Source: the human T2T-CHM13v2.0 reference genome, Homo sapiens
DNA length: 64,000 nt
Direction: 5' to 3' (one strand)
Assembly: GCF_009914755.1 (NCBI RefSeq)
Contig: NC_060934.1
In this document: positions 40,001 to 51,923 of the stretch, piece by piece
How positions within the stretch are numbered: position 1 is the stretch's first letter
Layout: each line of letters starts with the position of its first letter
Notes under the pieces: model-generated
What the model was told of the DNA's origin: nothing
Database searches by the model: none
Seen by the model: the letters and a program-made list of their open reading frames with translations, nothing else
Program-made: the position numbers and the translations under genes

Positions 40001-43000
40001 AAAAGTACACAGAGTCATTCGTAGAAACTAGTTTGTGATGTGTGCCTTCAACTCACAGAGTTTAACCTTTCTTTTCATAGAGCAGTTGGGAAACACTCTA
40101 TTTGTAAAGTCTGCAAGTGGATATTTGGACCTCTTTGAGGCCTTCGTTGGAAACGGGATTTCTTCATATAACGCTAGACAGAAGAATTCTCAGTAACTTC
40201 TTTGTGTTGTGTGTATTCAACTCACAGAGTTGAACCTTTCTTTAGAGGGAGCAGAGGTGAAACACTCTTTTTGTGGAATTTGCTAGTGTAGATTTCAAAC
40301 GCTTCGAAGACAGTGATAGAAAAGGATATATCTTCGTATTAAAAGTAGACAAAATCATTCTCAGAAAACTCTTTGTGATGTGTGTGTTCAACTCACAGAG
40401 TTTAACCTTTCTTTAATCGAGCAGTTTGGAAATACACTCTTTGTAAGTCTGCAGGTGGATATTTGGCCCTCTTTGAGCCCTTCGTTGGAAACGGGATTTC
40501 CTCATATAATGCTAGACAGAAGAATTCTCAGTAACTTCTTTGTGTTGTTTGTATTCAACACACAGATTTGAACCTTCCTTTAGAGAGAGCAGATTTGAAA
40601 CACTCTGTTTTTGGAATTTGCAAGTGCAGATTTCAAGCGCTTCTAGGCCTATGGCAGAAAAGGAAATATCTTCGTATAAAAACTACACAGAATCATTCTC
40701 AACAACTACTTTGTGATGTGTGCGTTCAACTCACAGAGTTTAACCTTTCTTTTCATAGAGCAGTTTGGAAACACTCTGTTTGTAAAGCCTGCAAGTGCTT
40801 TTTTGGACTTCATTGAGGCCTTCGTTGGAAACGGGATTTCTTCATATAATGCTAGACAGAAGAATTCTCAGTCACTTCTTTGTGTTGTGTGTATTCAAGT
40901 CACAGAGTTGAACCTTCCTTTAGACAGAGCAGTTTTGAAAAATTCTTTCTGTGGAGTTTGCAAGTGGAGATTTCAAGCGATTTGAGGCTAATCTTTGAAA
41001 TGGAAATATCTTCGTGTAAAAACTACACAGAATCATTCTCAGAAACTGCTTTGTCATCTGTGCGTTCAGTTCACAGAGTTTCACCTTTCTCTTCATAGAG
41101 CAGTTTGGAAAGACTCTGTCTGTAAAGTCTGCAAGTGATTAGTTAGACCCCTTTGAGGCCTTCGTTGGAAGCGGGATTTCTCATTTACTGCTAGACAGAA
41201 GAATTCTCAGTAAATCCTTTGTGTTGTGTGTATTCAACTCACAGAGTGGAACCTTCCTTTATTCAGAGCAGTTTTGAAAAACACTTTTTGTGGAATTTGC
41301 AAGTGGAGATTTCAAGCGATTTGACGCCAATCTTAGACATGGAAATATCTTCATATTAAAAGTACACAGAGTCATTCGTAGAAACTAGTTTGTGATGTGT
41401 GCCTTCAACTCACAGAGTTTAACCTTTCTTTTCATAGAGCAGTTTGGAAACACTCTATTTGTAAAGTCTGCAAGTGGATATTTGGACCTCTTTGAGGCCT
41501 TCGTTGGAAACGGGATTTCTTCATACAACGCTAGACAGAAGAATTCTCAGTAACTTCTTTGTGTTGTGTGTATTCAACTCACAGAGTTGAACCTTTCTTT
41601 AGAGAGAGCAGAGTTGAAACACTCTGTTTTTGGAATTTGCAACTGCAGATTTCAAGCGATTCTAGGCCTATGGCAGAAAAGGAAATATCTTCGTATAAAA
41701 ACTACACAGAATCATTCTCAACAACTACTTTGTGATGTGTGCGTTCAACTCACAGAGTTTAACCTTTCTTTTCATAGAGCAGTTTGGAAACACTCTGTTT
41801 GTAAAGCCTGCAAGTGCTTTTTTGGACTTCATTGAGGCCTTCGTTGGAAACGGGATTTCTTCATATAATGCTAGACAGAAGAATTCTCAGTCACTTCTTT
41901 GTGTTGTGTGTATTCAAGTCACAGAGTTGAACCTTCCTTTAGACAGAGCAGTTTTGAAAAATTCTTTCTGTGTAATTTGCAAGTGGAGATTTCAAGCGAT
42001 TTGAGGCTAATCTTTGAAATGGAAATATCTTCGTGTAAAAACTACACAGAATCATTCTCAGAAACTGCTTTGTCATCTGTGCGTTCAGTTCACAGAGTTT
42101 CACCTTTCTCTTCATAGAGCAGTTTGGAAAGACTCTGTCTGTAAAGTCTGCAAGTGATTAGTTAGACCCCTTTGAGGCCTTCGTTGGAAGTGGGATTTCT
42201 CATTTACTGCTAGACAGAAGAATTCTCAGTAAATCCTTTGTGTTGTGTGTATTCAACTCACAGAGTGGAACCTTCCTTTATTCAGAGCAGTTTTGAAACA
42301 CTCTTTTTGTGGAATTTGCAAGTGGAGATTTCAAGCGATTTGACGCCAATCTTAGACATGGAAATATCTTCATATTAAAAGTACACAGAGTCATTCGTAG
42401 AAACTAGTTTGTGATGTGTGCCTTCAACTCACAGAGTTTAACCTTTCTTTTCATAGAGCAGTTGGGAAACACTCTATTTGTAAAGTCTGCAAGTGGATAT
42501 TTGGACCTCTTTGAGGCCTTCGTTGGAAACGGGATTTCTTCATATAACGCTAGACAGAAGAATTCTCAGTAACTTCTTTGTGTTGTGTGTATTCAACTCA
42601 CAGAGTTGAACCTTTCTTTAGAGGGAGCAGAGGTGAAACACTCTTTTTGTGGAATTTGCTAGTGTAGATTTCAAACGCTTCGAAGACAGTGATAGAAAAG
42701 GATATATCTTCGTATTAAAAGTAGACAAAATCATTCTCAGAAAACTCTTTGTGATGTGTGTGTTCAACTCACAGAGTTTAACCTTTCTTTAATCGAGCAG
42801 TTTGGAAATACACTCTTTGTAAGTCTGCAGGTGGATATTTGGCCCTCTTTGAGCCCTTCGTTGGAAACGGGATTTCCTCATATAATGCTAGACAGAAGAA
42901 TTCTCAGTAACTTCTTTGTGTTGTTTGTATTCAACACACAGATTTGAACCTTCCTTTAGAGAGAGCAGATTTGAAACACTCTGTTTTTGGAATTTGCAAG

Positions 43001-46000
43001 TGCAGATTTCAAGCGCTTCTAGGCCTATGGCAGAAAAGGAAATATCTTCGTATAAAAACTACACAGAATCATTCTCAACAACTACTTTGTGATGTGTGCG
43101 TTCAACTCACAGAGTTTAACCTTTCTTTTCATAGAGCAGTTTGGAAACACTCTGTTTGTAAAGCCTGCAAGTGCTTTTTTGGACTTCATTGAGGCCTTCG
43201 TTGGAAACGGGATTTCTTCATATAATGCTAGACAGAAGAATTCTCAGTCACTTCTTTGTGTTGTGTGTATTCAAGTCACAGAGTTGAACCTTCCTTTAGA
43301 CAGAGCAGTTTTGAAAAATTCTTTCTGTGGAGTTTGCAAGTGGAGATTTCAAGCGATTTGAGGCTAATCTTTGAAATGGAAATATCTTCGTGTAAAAACT
43401 ACACAGAATCATTCTCAGAAACTGCTTTGTCATCTGTGCGTTCAGTTCACAGAGTTTCACCTTTCTCTTCATAGAGCAGTTTGGAAAGACTCTGTCTGTA
43501 AAGTCTGCAAGTGATTAGTTAGACCCCTTTGAGGCCTTCGTTGGAAGCGGGATTTCTCATTTACTGCTAGACAGAAGAATTCTCAGTAAATCCTTTGTGT
43601 TGTGTGTATTCAACTCACAGAGTGGAACCTTCCTTTATTCAGAGCAGTTTTGAGAAACACTTTTTGTGGAATTTGCAAGTGGAGATTTCAAGCGATTTGA
43701 TGCCAATCTTAGACATGGAAATGTCTTCATATTAAAAGTACACAGAGTCATTCGTAGAAACTAGTTTGTGATGTGTGCCTTCAACTCACAGAGTTTAACC
43801 TTTCTTTTCATAGAGCAGTTGGGAAACACTCTATTTGTAAAGTCTGCAAGTGGATATTTGGACCTCTTTGAGGCCTTCGTTGGAAACGGGATTTCTTCAT
43901 ATAACGCTAGACAGAAGAATTCTCAGTAACTTCTTTGTGTTGTGTGTATTCAACTCACAGAGTTGAACCTTTCTTTAGAGGGAGCAGAGGTGAAACACTC
44001 TTTTTGTGGAATTTGCTAGTGTAGATTTCAAACGCTTCGAAGACAGTGATAGAAAAGGATATATCTTCGTATTAAAAGTAGACAAAATCATTCTCAGAAA
44101 ACTCTTTGTGATGTGTGTGTTCAACTCACAGAGTTTAACCTTTCTTTAATCGAGCAGTTTGGAAATACACTCTTTGTAAGTCTGCAGGTGGATATTTGGC
44201 CCTCTTTGAGCCCTTCGTTGGAAACGGGATTTCCTCATATAATGCTAGACAGAAGAATTCTCAGTAACTTCTTTGTGTTGTTTGTATTCAACACACAGAT
44301 TTGAACCTTCCTTTAGAGAGAGCAGATTTGAAACACTCTGTTTTTGGAATTTGCAAGTGCAGATTTCAAGCGCTTCTAGGCCTATGGCAGAAAAGGAAAT
44401 ATCTTCGTATAAAAACTACACAGAATCATTCTCAACAACTACTTTGTGATGTGTGCGTTCAACTCACAGAGTTTAACCTTTCTTTTCATAGAGCAGTTTG
44501 GAAACACTCTGTTTGTAAAGCCTGCAAGTGCTTTTTTGGACTTCATTGAGGCCTTCGTTGGAAACGGGATTTCTTCATATAATGCTAGACAGAAGAATTC
44601 TCAGTCACTTGTTTGTGTTGTGTGTATTCAAGTCACAGAGTTGAACCTTCCTTTAGACAGAGCAGTTTTGAAAAATTCTTTCTGTGGAGTTTGCAAGTGG
44701 AGATTTCAAGCGATTTGAGGCTAATCTTTGAAATGGAAATATCTTCGTGTAAAAACTACACAGAATCATTCTCAGAAACTGCTTTGTCATCTGTGCGTTC
44801 AGTTCACAGAGTTTCACCTTTCTCTTCATAGAGCAGTTTGGAAAGACTCTGTCTGTAAAGTCTGCAAGTGATTAGTTAGACCCCTTTGAGGCCTTCGTTG
44901 GAAGTGGGATTTCTCATTTACTGCTAGACAGAAGAATTCTCAGTAAATCCTTTGTGTTGTGTGTATTCAACTCACAGAGTGGAACCTTCCTTTATTCAGA
45001 GCAGTTTTGAAAAACACTTTTTGTGGAATTTGCAAGTGGAGATTTCAAGCGATTTGACGCCAATCTTAGACATGGAAATATCTTCATATTAAAAGTACAC
45101 AGAGTCATTCGTAGAAACTAGTTTGTGATGTGTGCCTTCAACTCACAGAGTTTAACCTTTCTTTTCATAGAGCAGTTTGGAAACACTCTATTTGTAAAGT
45201 CTGCAAGTGGATATTTGGACCTCTTTGAGGCCTTCGTTGGAAACGGGATTTCTTCATACAACGCTAGACAGAAGAATTCTCAGTAACTTCTTTGTGTTGT
45301 GTGTATTCAACTCACAGAGTTGAACCTTTCTTTAGAGAGAGCAGAGTTGAAACACTCTGTTTTTGGAATTTGCAACTGCAGATTTCAAGCGATTCTAGGC
45401 CTATGGCAGAAAAGGAAATATCTTCGTATAAAAACTACACAGAATCATTCTCAACAACTACTTTGTGATGTGTGCGTTCAACTCACAGAGTTTAACCTTT
45501 CTTTTCATAGAGCAGTTTGGAAACACTCTGTTTGTAAAGCCTGCAAGTGCTTTTTTGGACTTCATTGAGGCCTTCGTTGGAAACGGGATTTCTTCATATA
45601 ATGCTAGACAGAAGAATTCTCAGTCACTTCTTTGTGTTGTGTGTATTCAAGTCACAGAGTTGAACCTTCCTTTAGACAGAGCAGTTTTGAAAAATTCTTT
45701 CTGTGTAATTTGCAAGTGGAGATTTCAAGCGATTTGAGGCTAATCTTTGAAATGGAAATATCTTCGTGTAAAAACTACACAGAATCATTCTCAGAAACTG
45801 CTTTGTCATCTGTGCGTTCAGTTCACAGAGTTTCACCTTTCTCTTCATAGAGCAGTTTGGAAAGACTCTGTCTGTAAAGTCTGCAAGTGATTAGTTAGAC
45901 CCCTTTGAGGCCTTCGTTGGAAGTGGGATTTCTCATTTACTGCTAGACAGAAGAATTCTCAGTAAATCCTTTGTGTTGTGTGTATTCAACTCACAGAGTG

Positions 46001-49000
46001 GAACCTTCCTTTATTCAGAGCAGTTTTGAAACACTCTTTTTGTGGAATTTGCAAGTGGAGATTTCAAGCGATTTGACGCCAATCTTAGACATGGAAATAT
46101 CTTCATATTAAAAGTACACAGAGTCATTCGTAGAAACTAGTTTGTGATGTGTGCCTTCAACTCACAGAGTTTAACCTTTCTTTTCATAGAGCAGTTGGGA
46201 AACACTCTATTTGTAAAGTCTGCAAGTGGATATTTGGACCTCTTTGAGGCCTTCGTTGGAAACGGGATTTCTTCATATAACGCTAGACAGAAGAATTCTC
46301 AGTAACTTCTTTGTGTTGTGTGTATTCAACTCACAGAGTTGAACCTTTCTTTAGAGGGAGCAGAGGTGAAACACTCTTTTTGTGGAATTTGCTAGTGTAG
46401 ATTTCAAACGCTTCGAAGACAGTGATAGAAAAGGATATATCTTCGTATTAAAAGTAGACAAAATCATTCTCAGAAAACTCTTTGTGATGTGTGTGTTCAA
46501 CTCACAGAGTTTAACCTTTCTTTAATCGAGCAGTTTGGAAATACACTCTTTGTAAGTCTGCAGGTGGATATTTGGCCCTCTTTGAGCCCTTCGTTGGAAA
46601 CGGGATTTCCTCATATAATGCTAGACAGAAGAATTCTCAGTAACTTCTTTGTGTTGTTTGTATTCAACACACAGATTTGAACCTTCCTTTAGAGAGAGCA
46701 GATTTGAAACACTCTGTTTTTGGAATTTGCAAGTGCAGATTTCAAGCGCTTCTAGGCCTATGGCAGAAAAGGAAATATCTTCGTATAAAAACTACACAGA
46801 ATCATTCTCAACAACTACTTTGTGATGTGTGCGTTCAACTCACAGAGTTTAACCTTTCTTTTCATAGAGCAGTTTGGAAACACTCTGTTTGTAAAGCCTG
46901 CAAGTGCTTTTTTGGACTTCATTGAGGCCTTCGTTGGAAACGGGATTTCTTCATATAATGCTAGACAGAAGAATTCTCAGTCACTTCTTTGTGTTGTGTG
47001 TATTCAAGTCACAGAGTTGAACCTTCCTTTAGACAGAGCAGTTTTGAAAAATTCTTTCTGTGGAGTTTGCAAGTGGAGATTTCAAGCGATTTGAGGCTAA
47101 TCTTTGAAATGGAAATATCTTCGTGTAAAAACTACACAGAATCATTCTCAGAAACTGCTTTGTCATCTGTGCGTTCAGTTCACAGAGTTTCACCTTTCTC
47201 TTCATAGAGCAGTTTGGAAAGACTCTGTCTGTAAAGTCTGCAAGTGATTAGTTAGACCCCTTTGAGGCCTTCGTTGGAAGCGGGATTTCTCATTTACTGC
47301 TAGACAGAAGAATTCTCAGTAAATCCTTTGTGTTGTGTGTATTCAACTCACAGAGTGGAACCTTCCTTTATTCAGAGCAGTTTTGAAAAACACTTTTTGT
47401 GGAATTTGCAAGTGGAGATTTCAAGCGATTTGATGCCAATCTTAGACATGGAAATGTCTTCATATTAAAAGTACACAGAGTCATTCGTAGAAACTAGTTT
47501 GTGATGTGTGCCTTCAACTCACAGAGTTTAACCTTTCTTTTCATAGAGCAGTTGGGAAACACTCTATTTGTAAAGTCTGCAAGTGGATATTTGGACCTCT
47601 TTGAGGCCTTCGTTGGAAACGGGATTTCTTCATATAACGCTAGACAGAAGAATTCTCAGTAACTTCTTTGTGTTGTGTGTATTCAACTCACAGAGTTGAA
47701 CCTTTCTTTAGAGGGAGCAGAGGTGAAACACTCTTTTTGTGGAATTTGCTAGTGTAGATTTCAAACGCTTCGAAGACAGTGATAGAAAAGGATATATCTT
47801 CGTATTAAAAGTAGACAAAATCATTCTCAGAAAACTCTTTGTGATGTGTGTGTTCAACTCACAGAGTTTAACCTTTCTTTAATCGAGCAGTTTGGAAATA
47901 CACTCTTTGTAAGTCTGCAGGTGGATATTTGGCCCTCTTTGAGCCCTTCGTTGGAAACGGGATTTCCTCATATAATGCTAGACAGAAGAATTCTCAGTAA
48001 CTTCTTTGTGTTGTTTGTATTCAACACACAGATTTGAACCTTCCTTTAGAGAGAGCAGATTTGAAACACTCTGTTTTTGGAATTTGCAAGTGCAGATTTC
48101 AAGCGCTTCTAGGCCTATGGCAGAAAAGGAAATATCTTCGTATAAAAACTACACAGAATCATTCTCAACAACTACTTTGTGATGTGTGCGTTCAACTCAC
48201 AGAGTTTAACCTTTCTTTTCATAGAGCAGTTTGGAAACACTCTGTTTGTAAAGCCTGCAAGTGCTTTTTTGGACTTCATTGAGGCCTTCGTTGGAAACGG
48301 GATTTCTTCATATAATGCTAGACAGAAGAATTCTCAGTCACTTCTTTGTGTTGTGTGTATTCAAGTCACAGAGTTGAACCTTCCTTTAGACAGAGCAGTT
48401 TTGAAAAATTCTTTCTGTGGAGTTTGCAAGTGGAGATTTCAAGCGATTTGAGGCTAATCTTTGAAATGGAAATATCTTCGTGTAAAAACTACACAGAATC
48501 ATTCTCAGAAACTGCTTTGTCATCTGTGCGTTCAGTTCACAGAGTTTCACCTTTCTCTTCATAGAGCAGTTTGGAAAGACTCTGTCTGTAAAGTCTGCAA
48601 GTGATTAGTTAGACCCCTTTGAGGCCTTCGTTGGAAGCGGGATTTCTCATTTACTGCTAGACAGAAGAATTCTCAGTAAATCCTTTGTGTTGTGTGTATT
48701 CAACTCACAGAGTGGAACCTTCCTTTATTCAGAGCAGTTTTGTAAAACACTTTTTGTGGAATTTGCAAGTGGAGATTTCAAGCGATTTGACGCCAATCTT
48801 AGACATGGAAATATCTTCATATTAAAAGTACACAGAGTCATTCGTAGAAACTAGTTTGTGATGTGTGCCTTCAACTCACAGAGTTTAACCTTTCTTTTCA
48901 TAGAGCAGTTTGGAAACACTCTATTTGTAAAGTCTGCAAGTGGATATTTGGACCTCTTTGAGGCCTTCGTTGGAAACGGGATTTCTTCATACAACGCTAG

Positions 49001-51923
49001 ACAGAAGAATTCTCAGTAACTTCTTTGTGTTGTGTGTATTCAACTCACAGAGTTGAACCTTTCTTTAGAGAGAGCAGAGTTGAAACACTCTGTTTTTGGA
49101 ATTTGCAACTGCAGATTTCAAGCGATTCTAGGCCTATGGCAGAAAAGGAAATATCTTCGTATAAAAACTACACAGAATCATTCTCAACAACTACTTTGTG
49201 ATGTGTGCGTTCAACTCACAGAGTTTAACCTTTCTTTTCATAGAGCAGTTTGGAAACACTCTGTTTGTAAAGCCTGCAAGTGCTTTTTTGGACTTCATTG
49301 AGGCCTTCGTTGGAAACGGGATTTCTTCATATAATGCTAGACAGAAGAATTCTCAGTCACTTCTTTGTGTTGTGTGTATTCAAGTCACAGAGTTGAACCT
49401 TCCTTTAGACAGAGCAGTTTTGAAAAATTCTTTCTGTGTAATTTGCAAGTGGAGATTTCAAGCGATTTGAGGCTAATCTTTGAAATGGAAATATCTTCGT
49501 GTAAAAACTACACAGAATCATTCTCAGAAACTGCTTTGTCATCTGTGCGTTCAGTTCACAGAGTTTCACCTTTCTCTTCATAGAGCAGTTTGGAAAGACT
49601 CTGTCTGTAAAGTCTGCAAGTGATTAGTTAGACCCCTTTGAGGCCTTCGTTGGAAGTGGGATTTCTCATTTACTGCTAGACAGAAGAATTCTCAGTAAAT
49701 CCTTTGTGTTGTGTGTATTCAACTCACAGAGTGGAACCTTCCTTTATTCAGAGCAGTTTTGAAACACTCTTTTTGTGGAATTTGCAAGTGGAGATTTCAA
49801 GCGATTTGACGCCAATCTTAGACATGGAAATATCTTCATATTAAAAGTACACAGAGTCATTCGTAGAAACTAGTTTGTGATGTGTGCCTTCAACTCACAG
49901 AGTTTAACCTTTCTTTTCATAGAGCAGTTGGGAAACACTCTATTTGTAAAGTCTGCAAGTGGATATTTGGACCTCTTTGAGGCCTTCGTTGGAAACGGGA
50001 TTTCTTCATATAACGCTAGACAGAAGAATTCTCAGTAACTTCTTTGTGTTGTGTGTATTCAACTCACAGAGTTGAACCTTTCTTTAGAGGGAGCAGAGGT
50101 GAAACACTCTTTTTGTGGAATTTGCTAGTGTAGATTTCAAACGCTTCGAAGACAGTGATAGAAAAGGATATATCTTCGTATTAAAAGTAGACAAAATCAT
50201 TCTCAGAAAACTCTTTGTGATGTGTGTGTTCAACTCACAGAGTTTAACCTTTCTTTAATCGAGCAGTTTGGAAATACACTCTTTGTAAGTCTGCAGGTGG
50301 ATATTTGGCCCTCTTTGAGCCCTTCGTTGGAAACGGGATTTCCTCATATAATGCTAGACAGAAGAATTCTCAGTAACTTCTTTGTGTTGTTTGTATTCAA
50401 CACACAGATTTGAACCTTCCTTTAGAGAGAGCAGATTTGAAACACTCTGTTTTTGGAATTTGCAAGTGCAGATTTCAAGCGCTTCTAGGCCTATGGCAGA
50501 AAAGGAAATATCTTCGTATAAAAACTACACAGAATCATTCTCAACAACTACTTTGTGATGTGTGCGTTCAACTCACAGAGTTTAACCTTTCTTTTCATAG
50601 AGCAGTTTGGAAACACTCTGTTTGTAAAGCCTGCAAGTGCTTTTTTGGACTTCATTGAGGCCTTCGTTGGAAACGGGATTTCTTCATATAATGCTAGACA
50701 GAAGAATTCTCAGTCACTTCTTTGTGTTGTGTGTATTCAAGTCACAGAGTTGAACCTTCCTTTAGACAGAGCAGTTTTGAAAAATTCTTTCTGTGGAGTT
50801 TGCAAGTGGAGATTTCAAGCGATTTGAGGCTAATCTTTGAAATGGAAATATCTTCGTGTAAAAACTACACAGAATCATTCTCAGAAACTGCTTTGTCATC
50901 TGTGCGTTCAGTTCACAGAGTTTCACCTTTCTCTTCATAGAGCAGTTTGGAAAGACTCTGTCTGTAAAGTCTGCAAGTGATTAGTTAGACCCCTTTGAGG
51001 CCTTCGTTGGAAGCGGGATTTCTCATTTACTGCTAGACAGAAGAATTCTCAGTAAATCCTTTGTGTTGTGTGTATTCAATCACAGAGTGGAACCTTCCTT
51101 TATTCAGAGCAGTTTTGAAAAACACTTTTTGTGGAATTTGCAAGTGGAGATTTCAAGCGATTTGATGCCAATCTTAGACATGGAAATGTCTTCATATTAA
51201 AAGTACACAGAGTCATTCGTAGAAACTAGTTTGTGATGTGTGCCTTCAACTCACAGAGTTTAACCTTTCTTTTCATAGAGCAGTTGGGAAACACTCTATT
51301 TGTAAAGTCTGCAAGTGGATATTTGGACCTCTTTGAGGCCTTCGTTGGAAACGGGATTTCTTCATATAACGCTAGACAGAAGAATTCTCAGTAACTTCTT
51401 TGTGTTGTGTGTATTCAACTCACAGAGTTGAACCTTTCTTTAGAGGGAGCAGAGGTGAAACACTCTTTTTGTGGAATTTGCTAGTGTAGATTTCAAACGC
51501 TTCGAAGACAGTGATAGAAAAGGATATATCTTCGTATTAAAAGTAGACAAAATCATTCTCAGAAAACTCTTTGTGATGTGTGTGTTCAACTCACAGAGTT
51601 TAACCTTTCTTTAATCGAGCAGTTTGGAAATACACTCTTTGTAAGTCTGCAGGTGGATATTTGGCCCTCTTTGAGCCCTTCGTTGGAAACGGGATTTCCT
51701 CATATAATGCTAGACAGAAGAATTCTCAGTAACTTCTTTGTGTTGTTTGTATTCAACACACAGATTTGAACCTTCCTTTAGAGAGAGCAGATTTGAAACA
51801 CTCTGTTTTTGGAATTTGCAAGTGCAGATTTCAAGCGCTTCTAGGCCTATGGCAGAAAAGGAAATATCTTCGTATAAAAACTACACAGAATCATTCTCAA
51901 CAACTACTTTGTGATGTGTGCGT
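22061..51923 (+). repeat. (6-8-8)x8 super-HOR, 3733-bp (22-monomer) period
   Basis: 6-mer-specific ORF starts at 22901, 26634, 30367, 34100, 37833, 41566, 45299 and 49032 are 3733 apart; the next is 3732 away because of a 1-bp deletion. Diagnostic SNVs recur with the same period. Confidence 0.96.
22495..22511 (+). promoter_or_regulatory. Mutated CENP-B box 2 (CTTCGTTGGAAGTGGGA), first of 15 copies; predicted non-binding
   Basis: C>T at 22507 in the CGGG core, one of the nine established essential bases of the box. Confidence 0.88.
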
